From Parasitella parasitica NRRL 2501 (lineage: Eukaryota; Fungi; Mucoromycota): 64,000 bases of DNA. The notes under the pieces were generated by a model. The model searched no databases. It was not told the origin of the DNA and saw only the letters and a program-made list of their open reading frames with translations. The stretch is taken from positions 66,988 through 130,987 of the forward strand of contig MU619326.1 in NCBI GenBank assembly GCA_025201805.1, in the 5' to 3' direction. Positions 52,500 through 64,000 of the stretch are shown here, in pieces; positions within the stretch are counted from its first letter, which is position 1, and each line of letters begins with the position of its first letter. The position numbers and the translations under genes are program-made.

Positions 52500-53901
52500 T
52501 CCCCTCCCTTTTTATGTATTATTTCATTTTGTTCTTTATTTTGTATCAACTTTTTCATATTTATATTCCCTATCCACGCTCATTTTTTCTGCTACATAAT
52601 ATTATTATCCATTATTTATTGTATATTTAACCACCCTTTATTTATTAAGATGCACTCTCCTTTTTATCGATTCAACTACTCTGCTAGCCCTTGTCGATTA
52701 TTTGATTAAAATATTTATTTGCAAAAAGAAAGATTTCTTGCGAATAATATATTCACAGCTTTAGTAACTATTGGCTTGTGCTTTTAACAGCTCGATCATT
52801 GCATCTCACTGAAAAATAGCGTTACAAAGAGCAGCCTATATTAATATAAATTTTACCGTATACATTGGCGCATAAACAATGCATTAACACTAACTCTTCA
52901 TTAAGACACCTTATGATATCTAGAATAGCCAAGTTATTGTAATGTAGACTGAGCTGGTATACAGTGGCTCTAATTCATAGTTTTAAACATTGACCTGAAC
53001 GCATAACTTACATTTTTACGCATGTTTGGTATATATACATCGTCATTTAGATGATCTTCTAAACCATAGACTAATTGAACCATCGATCATGTATCTAATC
53101 GTGTTTTTTATTTAATCAGATCTGATAGTTGTTATTTGTCCGATGTCAAAACAAAACATTCTTTAAAAAGTTTACTTTAGGGATCGGGTACGGTTTATTG
53201 CTTGATACTTGACACTTGCCATATGCTGTAAAATCAGTAATAAATCTTGTTTCGTGAATATCTCGACAACAAAGATAGATATCAAAAATCTGAAAACGTG
53301 ATGAGTTACAGTTATCAGATTAGTATTAGGATACATTCATAGCTTGGACCCCAAATCCGTACCTAAAAATGACCTTGAAGGTTGTCCAAAAGTTGAAAAC
53401 TGAAAATCGAATATGCTTTTAAGCGGGGAAAAAGATTAGGCCGTGTATGATCTATTTCAATCAAACAGAAGCTTCATAAAAATAGCTCTTGATGTCATAT
53501 TTTGCAGTATTTTCAGCTATTGACATATCCAAGCTATCTATATTTGGATAATATCTTTTTTTCTCCACAACTGAAAATAGCACTACATTATCTCCCACAT
53601 CCGGAAAACAAAATTGTAAACACCCAACTATTATTGAAATTTATATATCGCTGTGAATTTCATAAACCATCGGTTTGTTTGGCTGGTTTAATGATCAAGC
53701 CGGTGAAGCTATTTATTGAAAAGGGCGAGGGGGCTGTCTGATGTTGATGTTGAAAACAGCATTGCTTTTCAAAACAAACCGTTAGCTAAATGTGTCACTT
53801 GTCAGCAACAGCGGCACTGGGTCTAAATAAAAGGAGTGTAAAGTTCACGAAAATTCCATGAAACTCTTTTACTACACTCTTACATTAACACGCAAAAAGT
53901 G

Positions 53902-54603
53902 ATGCAGGTACAAGCAACTTTGAGACAAGTGATCGCTTTAAAGCCTCTTAAATTGAGATCATTTTCCATCTCTACATCTCTCAATAAAAGCATCCCAGTT
54001 TCTGGTAAGCATCTGTATATTCACGGCTTTTGTTCAACTATTTTAACATGATTCATTTTAGCAAACTCTCATTTGCATTCGCATGAAACTGGCAGGAAAA
54101 ACAGTTTTGCAATTTCGTATTTATCTGATGAAGAGCTTCCTAAGCCTGATATGTTAAAATCTGAATGCATTATTGGTTGGACTCCTGAACAGGGCAAAGT
54201 AGATCCTAAAACTTTTATCGAAAATCCTGACTTCATCAATTTTATGACAAGCGTATTAAAAGAAAACATACACAAAGTGAATGACAGTAACTTGAAAGCT
54301 ATGGCAGATTGGCAAAAGGAAGGGTACGTTAATAGAAGTAGCTGCGAGTAGCTTGTAAGGGTATTTATGCAAAATCATAGATGGTTACATATTGGAGATG
54401 AACGTAATCCACCAGCATGGGGTAGGATCAATTTCCCGGAAGACATCATTGGAAGTGTTGAATTGGATCATGGAAAGATTAGAGAAGGAACATACCAACC
54501 GATGCCTGCACATAGATTAATTACCAACAATGGTTTTTTCCAGCTTTCAGAGCCGTTGACTAAATGCGTCGTGGAAGCCACTAAAAAAGCAATTGTGTCT
54601 TAG
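53902..54603 (+). CDS. Conserved fungal hypothetical protein, probably mitochondrial
   Basis: Presequence-like MQVQATLRQVIALKPLKLRSFSIST; 'GWLHIGDERNPPAWGRINFPEDIIGSV..YQPMPAHRL'. Confidence 0.8.
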
Positions 54604-55070
54604 AACCGGGGTAGCAGACAATAAAGACATTTGCTTGGCTAGAAAGCCTGAATTATATATTATGGATTTATGAAAGCAGAGGATGAACATGAGAGATCTG
54701 AGAACTTTGCAATTCAGTGTTTATATTGCCAACAGCTTTTCCATTGCTGTTTCCAGCTGTCTTTGATTGAAATGGCTGCTTCTTCGACTGGCAAGATTGG
54801 ATGTTGATAGCTGTTTAACTCGACAATCCTCAACATATGTAGCCATTTCCAATATTTTATCAAACATTTGCATTTAGCTTTGTACGAAAACACAGCCCTC
54901 CTTGGCAGCCATAAGTCAGTGGAGAGGAGGCATGGAACTGACAGCATCATGTAAAACATAGTCCAGCCGTGACTCAATATAGCAAATTGGTGGGTGCTTG
55001 TTTAATTTGAATAAAAGAAAAAAGAGCTTGACAAGGGCTTTCTATCAACAACGATATTTTTTTCTTCACC

Positions 55071-56030
55071 ATGCAAACGACAAGATTGTTCGCACCAGCA
55101 GCAGGTCTGTTCAAAGGTCTTGCTAAAGCTCACACTCAAACTTCTGCTATTGGCATCAGCGGCCAGCGTCTTTTCTCAATTACATTTCAAACTAGAAACG
55201 AAGACACAATAAAGACCCCTGAAGCCGTCGAAGCTGCAGCTGGAGAGGATGTAATCGAAGAAGTAGAAGAAGCGGAACCTGTCAAACTTTCAAGAAGAAG
55301 GCGTGCTTTTCATGATTGGGCTAATGGCAACGGCTCCAAATATAGCAGACCTTCCAAGGGCACCACCAATTATTTAGATTCCTCAAAGGTAATACATTTA
55401 CCTCAATTATACTTTTGAATCTGTCAAAATTGACTAATTTCTCTGTTAGCCTTTCCCTAATAACCCTCTATTCCAACCAGGAACTCCTCTTTCTGACACT
55501 CGTCGTCAAGAAATCTATGATGCCTTTATTGCTGATCCAGAGGAATGGTCTGTTCGGAAACTTGCTACTAAATTCGGCATCTCCCTGAAGAGAGTTGAAG
55601 CAGTTTTAACATTAAAGGCTTCAGAGAAGGAAATGGAGAAAAATGTAAGTGATACTCATGCTGGGTGTGTATGGTACGCTGAATTTACATATAAAAATAG
55701 GGTATTGCTTTACAAAGGAAATTCAACAAGGGCATGGAACAGCTTATGGGTATAGATCAAGCTATTGAGTCATTGAAGGAGCCCTTGATTGATATTTTCC
55801 CTGCTGTTGGAAAACCCAGATTCAAGACATTACAGGAGGATGCTTCTTTCAGCCCAAAGGATGCTGCGGATGTTCTCGGACGTATTCCTTTCAAGGATCT
55901 TGAAAGACGTGTGATTGCGTCTGAACAAGCTGAATTCACCTTGCCCTCACCACCTACAACTTTAGAAGCTTCTAACGAAAACAAACCTACAAAGCGTCGT
56001 AAATTTGTTATTGTAGATACTAGTTCTTAG
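55071..56030 (+). CDS. Mitochondrial ribosomal protein mS45 (yeast Mrps35/Bot1 family)
   Basis: Presequence; 'PFPNNPLFQP..LSD..RQEIY..SVRKLATKFGISLKRVEAVL'. Confidence 0.85.
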
Positions 56031-56530
56031 AAATATTATTGTACTTGAAAAAATAAATCTTGCACCCTTATTTTTCTTGATATTTTACCCATGCTTGCAT
56101 GTGCTTGTATTTTTTAAGCGTTAATTTCATAAGGCTCGTGCGGTAAGTTTCTCTTTTCATGCTGCATCTCTACAGAGATCAAAAGTACGAAAGCTGGATA
56201 GATTAGCACATCTAATCCAATGACAGCAATAACTTTCTGAAAAGATAACCTTGATTGTAAACTATTCATTTTTAAGGCTCAAACTTGATTTTATTTATCT
56301 TTTTAGGTTCCTAATGTTGTTACTATGGATACCATATATTTAATATGTCTGGAAATATGTCAAATAACTCAACTGCCTACATATCTTTGACATGGCGAAC
56401 CTTCTTGGTTACATTTGCTACTGTATCCGTGTGACGCATTTCATGACTTTTTTTTGCCACAAAGAAGAGCAACTTTTTTCGCTTCTAACAATCTATCAAA
56501 CTTTTTCTTGGACCACACTAATACGAAATA

Positions 56531-58222
<1,692 letters not shown>

Positions 58223-58454
58223 AAAGGAATAAATAAATGCTTTAAATATATAAAAAACGATCGTTTGGTAGAACTATTTACTTTCGTATTTATGTTTATA
58301 TTGATCTGGGGCAATTAGCTATAGGATCAATGCAGATAAAAGATTATTATAGCTTGAATCAGATGTTATCTTCAAGCCTTACAATTTTTGTGATTTGGGC
58401 CGTTTTGTACGGCAAAGCATAATTCCATCAGTCCAGCCAAAATTGCCTAGCGCA

Positions 58455-58470
58455 AAATTAGCGCTAATTT
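58455..58470. repeat. Perfect 16-bp palindrome
   Basis: AAATTAGCGCTAATTT between convergent genes. Confidence 0.8.
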
Positions 58471-58513
58471 AGCAAGTACGAAACATTGTTGCACCTGTTA
58501 TAAAATGTGTTTA

Positions 58514-59399
58514 TTAAAGTAATAAATAAATGGTAGCAGCCAAAAATGTGCTCGCAAAAGCAACGCTAGGCAATATGATATTTGAGCTGCTGCTAGGTTC
58601 TGTAGAGACAGCAATCACAACAGCAGCATTATTCTCTGCTGCTGATGCCATTGCGGAATTCATAGAATAAGACGCTGTTGTTGTACTTGTTGTGTTTGCA
58701 GCAGGTTCACCAACTAATTTACCAACACCCCATGGAATCTTAGCCCCATCTGGTTGAATGGCATTTTCAGGCTTGACTAGTTTTCCATCAGGACCAGCGA
58801 TACCAAATCTTGTGGTCCACGCATTTTGACCCTTTTCTGCAGGTTGAAAAAAACTGAATAAAATTTCCGATGATTGTATCATATCACCTACCATTTGTAA
58901 ACATAAGAAAATAAACAGCTGCATGAGGTTCGACTTCTGGAGCTGTCCAGTTGAATGACTTGATGGTACTAGCATCCAAATCCTATATTTAATTCTGTGA
59001 GTGCGTTGTTAAAACAAAAAGTAAAAATACTACTATACTCGAGCAACATTTTTCAAGAACTTTTGACTATTATTGTCTCCCGTCATAAAATCTGCCTTGT
59101 TGATAAGAAAATCACGCAAACATTGTCATGATCTAGAAGCCTTACCGATTTTGAATTTTCTCCAATTTTTTTCCATGGGTGGAGATTGTTTATCATTAAC
59201 TATATATAAAAATATAAAGGAATCGCACATTGAGTGAAATAACACAAACGCAACTTCAGATATAATATTTACACCAAGTTATATCATATGATTGACCAGA
59301 CTTCCAAATAGTTCCAGGCTCAGGGTAATTTGGAGCCATATTTGCTTGAACATAGCAGCAAAATACGAGTGCAGTAACTGCTAATTTAGTCAGAATCAT
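58514..59399 (-). CDS. Secreted Ser/Thr-rich GPI-anchored protein (Kre9/Knh1 N-terminal-like)
   Basis: Signal peptide MILTKLAVTALVFCCYVQA, 'PNYPEPGTIWKSGQSYDITW', 'FMTGDN', 'WTTRFGI', S/T tract, hydrophobic C-terminus. Confidence 0.85.
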
Positions 59400-59828
59400 T
59401 TAGAAAATACAGAAATAAGACATATCACGGATAAATATCAATTTATATAAAATAACAGCTTGTTTTTACATGATATATACAAATATGCATTCCTTTTTAT
59501 TAGATAATATCAAAATAACACATTGACACAAATATCTGGAATATATTTGGCAGAATGATGCCATATGAAGCGTTATCATCTGTTTTTGCAGATATCGTTT
59601 GTTTTCTGTTTCGAAATACAGCAAAATGATCAAATCTGGTCGAATTGATTGATTCTCTCTAGTAAACGCAACGCTAGCTTTCAAGTAATTTTTTCTGTTG
59701 GTGGTTACTTGAAGGCGAAAACACTTTTTTTTTTAGTAAGCCTAGGAAACCAAGAGAAATGTATCAAGCAGAAGCATTATTTTTTTATGAGCAAAATTAA
59801 AAGTTGGGAAAACTCTGCCTGCAAAGTT

Positions 59829-62800
59829 TTATTCATCAACAGGTTTCTTTAAACGATAGCAAAGTGGAATATCACCACTTGTTTTTAATATATGCTGTTT
59901 TATAGCTGCAAGGGTCATTGTTGGTGTAAGAACAGTGTCTCCACATAATAGTTCAATTGAATCATCTTCTATTGAAAGTTTTTCAGAAATGTATTGGATG
60001 AGCTTTCTAACTCGCAATACTCGATTAGCTAATAATCGATTATTCGGACTAGTAAAAAATGTGAATTGTAATTCGACCGTGCCAAAATTCTTAAACTTAC
60101 CCTCCCGGAAGTTCATCCAAATCTGATCCTGTTGCAGGTTTCAAAACAAATGTCAATTTGATAGTTTCTTTGGGCGGTGTTTTATTCTACAGGGAGATCA
60201 GTACTTGAACAAGCAAACTGCAGCGTATACTTACATATAAAAGATAGGATAACAGCCATGATGGCGCATCATTGATGATGGCTCCAGTATCCTCACCAAC
60301 TGATCCAACAGTACCGCGATATAGGTCTATGCCTGTAGAGGCTTCTGCACTCTCTTCTGCTACAATTATCATCGTAGAAGAAGGAATCACTATAGGCGGG
60401 AAATCTTCTAAATGTGGTGGTGTATAACATTCTAATTTAATCTCTTCAATGTCCTTTAATTTACTGTCCTCTGATGATTTGCCTTCGCCGCTGCTATCAG
60501 ATTTAGCATTTTGTGGTTGAGTTGATGGCTGTGGATTTGGCTGATGTGGTGCGTTCTCTTCAGTAGGCGTAGTAGAGGTACTGATTGAAGTAGAGGATGT
60601 TGTAGGGACCACTAATTCATTACCAGGTAACTCATTCGTTGGTACTCGGGATAATTTAGCCTTGACAGATAGGCTTTTCAATCTATTCATAAAGGTTCCA
60701 CCAGTTGGAGAGGTAGGGGATGTTGGAAGAGCAGCAGGTGGTGGCAACTGAACAGATGATTCCCTACGTATAGATGTATGATGAGCTCCAGAGAAATAAT
60801 CTAATTGAGGAGGGTTTGAAGATGGTGGTGCTGTAAATGGACCATTAAATTGGGTAGCTTGAGGTGAAGATGGTAAAAATGGGGATTGATCTCCAGTATT
60901 TGTTGTTACAGCAAGGCGAGGATATTTAGGTTCATGTGCACTCACATTTAGTGGTGGCGGTATGCTGATTGAAGCAACAGAAGGTACAGATTCTGGAATA
61001 GCTTTCTCTTCGCCAGGTGTTTGAACTGTTTTACTTTTTACTGATTCTGGTCTGTCTGGTTGATCATCTCCATAACTTGCTTTCCCTTCACTTTCATTTT
61101 TAAGTTCTTGCTCGATGAATTTTTCGAATAAATGTACGAGTACCCATTTCCCGAGATTTACTGCATAAAAAAAAAGGGGCGCGTCAATGATACTACACTC
61201 TCAAGAAACTCGTATTTACATCTTTGATCTTCTCTAACTTGATAATTATCGGGTAATTCGACTTCATCAGCATACATTTCACAATCAAAACAATTGAATT
61301 CATGTAGTTGAACAGTGATAGCCTAATATAATAAGACATCAATCGGGGTATACTAAGAATAAGAGTTGACCTTACGCCAATCTTGGTGTCGATTGAGCAC
61401 CATGCTGGAAAGCTTTCAAGACTGTTGATATCTTGAGCAACATCCTCCAAATCTCTCTTGCCAAAGCTTTTTATTTGTATACACTGATGATTCATGGTAA
61501 TTAGAATTACTGATTTGGTAGTTCATCGTTTTCATATTACCTTAGTCAAGTCCCACAGGGCAATCTCCCCATTCGTATCTTTTGTCAAGAGATGGCGTCG
61601 ATTATGTAGAATCAAGTGTGATGTGATCCCAGGTTTACCAGTAATAACATAATCGGGTGTAACTCTTAAAGGTAGTAACGAATCGCCATTGTCTAAATCA
61701 TCGTCTTGATAGCTCATTGGAATTGAGAGGACTGATCCAGCATACATGGTAGTTTGATCACTTGGAACAAAAGTATCTCCAACTTGTGGAGAGTACGCAG
61801 ATTTAGCGGGTGGTAATGATATCAGTGCAGAATTTGGGATTTCAGGATTGAAATTGGAACGAGGTAAAATTTGACGAGAGGCAATTGAAGGGATAGATAA
61901 CTACAAAAGATGCATTCATTGTTGTGTGTTTTTTTTTTTTTTTTTTTTTTNNNNNNNNNNACTTACCCATCTGTTTATACTGGAGCTGGATGTTGCAGTC
62001 CAAACATAGGCATCTTCGAGTGCAACGATCTGTAATACTTGTTAATTTAAATGGATCTTATTGCTTCATGGCAAGTTTCACCTTTAAAACGCCACTATCT
62101 TCTCTGAAGAGCCCAATACATTCAATATCGCCTTCTGCTATAGTCTGCCCTGTAATCTCTGTTTTGTTCACAAGACCATCTCTAGAACCTGAGTAAAACG
62201 TTTTAAGCTCAGGATGGTTAGAATACAATGACCAAACAGAATCCGGATGTGTCTCATATGTAGTTAAGCAACGTTGAGCCTTAACAGACCAAAGCTTGAT
62301 TGTAGAGTCTGATGAACCAGACAAAACCTATAAAGTTTGTCAACTAGCTAGCAAATACTGCATTATGTTTAAATTTTACATATTGCCCATCTTCGCTGAT
62401 CAACAAGGCTCGAATATTATCGGTGTGGCCTGTCAATTTACTAATTCGCTTTCCAGATTTAGGATCCCACAGTCTTACTACTTTCTCAGGTGAACCAGAT
62501 GCTATTATACTGCCGTTGGGGTTAACAGCTAATGCATATATTGAACATTTACTCGATGTGTTATGAAGCATGGCTGTTTTACAAATTTGTGAGAGGCAAA
62601 GAAGACCCCTTGACATTTGATACATACCAGTACTTTCATTTGATCCGTCTGTAAAATGGCTTGCTGGGCCAGCATCAATAGTGAGGGCTGCTTCAGACTT
62701 TTCTATATCCCAGATATTGATGCGTCTATCTAAACCACCACTGGCAACCCATCCGGGGTTTGCCGCATATGTTAAGCACTTTGCATAGTCAATGTGGTAC

Positions 62801-63321
62801 CCAATTGTATGTGCTGTTCGAGGTGTATCACTATATGGCTTCCATAATTTGATTGTTCTATCTGACGAAGCTGAAACGACTAATTGAGGATATTTAGCAG
62901 ATTAACATCACTTAATAGCTATTGTATTACCACAAGTTCCCTGTTCACATAATACAATATCATTTACCCAATCAGTATGCATTTGTGAGAAAGCTTTACA
63001 TGTAGTTTTGGGTAAAGCCTGCAATACATGTTAGTGAGTTGTCGCGTGCTACTGATCATTTTTGAATACCTTCGTCTCCCCATCCAGCCTCCATTTTCCA
63101 TCAGTGTGCTCTATATCCTTTTTGAAATCCATATGCAAATCCCAGCTTGCCACGATACCATCTCTTCCAGCTGAATACAACACACCTCCTTCCGCACTAT
63201 CTGTCTTGGCATTGCAATTAGATGTATCAATTGCTAACGAGTTGACTCCAAGGCAATGTGTCTGTTCTTCGTTACATAACTTAACTACGTAAGATACTTT
63301 ACGACGAGTTGCTGCTTTCAT
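59829..63321 (-). CDS. WDR48: WD40 protein WDR48/UAF1 (DUB activator, DUF3337)
   Basis: '[23 protein letters not shown]', 'HTDWVNDI', '[12 protein letters not shown]', '[11 protein letters not shown]', 'RVLRVRK', 'MTLAAIK'. Confidence 0.93.
61951..61960. other. Assembly gap (10 N) next to poly-T in a WDR48 intron
   Basis: nnnnnnnnnn. Confidence 0.99.
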
Positions 63322-63705
63322 TTTACTCGACTTTCTAGCACTACAAACTCTATAAAAAACAAGAGAAAAAGGATTCAGAAGAAAGGGCTGAAACAAGAAT
63401 TTATAAAAAAGCAGAAAACTAAAAAAAAAAAAAATCAGTGGCACAGACTGAAATTTAATCGGGTTTCCGAAGATCTGAAGCATCATGTTTTCTTGGTCAC
63501 CGTGTACGCCAAAAGTAATTGCAAATAGATACTACTATAACTTGAAACTTGGTCGAATTTTTACTATCGATTGAGTCATGTACCTTCTTTGTTTTGATAA
63601 TGCAATAATGACAAAAAGATGCAGTTGATAGAATCGCAAATAATTATAGTACTGCCGTTAAAACTCACCCCTTCACAATTGTTTATTTAACAAGTATAGA
63701 TTAGG

Positions 63706-63743
63706 TCAGCCCATTTGGGCCGATTCAGCCCAGTTGGGCCGAT
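63706..63743. repeat. Two tandem 19-bp GC-rich units, each internally palindromic
   Basis: TCAGCCCATTTGGGCCGAT TCAGCCCAGTTGGGCCGAT. Confidence 0.85.
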
Positions 63744-64000
63744 GCTAAATGAAGATTTTTGAATGGATGAGGGTTTGATTTTTTACAATTACGCTCTATG
63801 CGTACAAAGTTTATTGCATACACAGATATTTTTTAAATGATTCGAATTTGTTTTGTTTATAAACTTTCACTGCATTTACCTTCAAAGAAACTTCACTTTT
63901 TTCCAAAAATAGTAATTAAAATGCCTCCCGTTGACAATCGATTAGATGTAAACGTACTTGTATCCGTCAACAAGCGTTTTATCACGAATTCAGACGCAAA

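Noticed and set aside
47289-52599. Many overlapping 60-140 aa ORFs
   Set aside because: Shadow ORFs of the GC-richer SLR gene
53339-53537. 10-bp inverted repeat ATAGCTTGGA/TCCAAGCTAT as MITE ends
   Set aside because: Short, no TSD, no second copy in the window

Overview
Gene-dense eukaryotic fungal chromosome segment. AT-rich sequence, short GT-AG introns and the protein repertoire point to Mucorales (Mucor-like; inferred, not database-checked). About 24 intron-containing genes are supported: importin-beta 3' end, RAD51C, TRAP-alpha, Alb1/Ecm1-like, SQS1, stand-alone PARP-type Zn finger, TSR2, RPA3, PRO3, phosducin-like, ARF6, ECHDC1-like, Rrm4-like RRM+MLLE protein, Atg1/ULK-like kinase, Zn2Cys6 TF, mitochondrial carrier, IKS1, RPL23, KES1/OSH4, giant Sel1-repeat protein, a conserved mitochondrial DUF, mS45/Bot1, RVB2, a GPI-anchored protein and WDR48. 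Accessory stretches hold an unprocessed ARP4 pseudogene, a 450-bp solo-LTR-like element beside a LINE remnant, and Tc1/IS630 remnants. The best leads are a highly self-complementary RPL23 intron, an intergenic structured ncRNA candidate at ~18.68-18.82 kb, and peroxisomal signals on PRO3 (PTS2-like) and the ECHDC1-like enzyme (SKL). No tRNA, rRNA or CRISPR was seen, and no clearly novel multi-gene system can be proven from the sequence alone. Gene ends were spliced by hand and may be off by a few bases.
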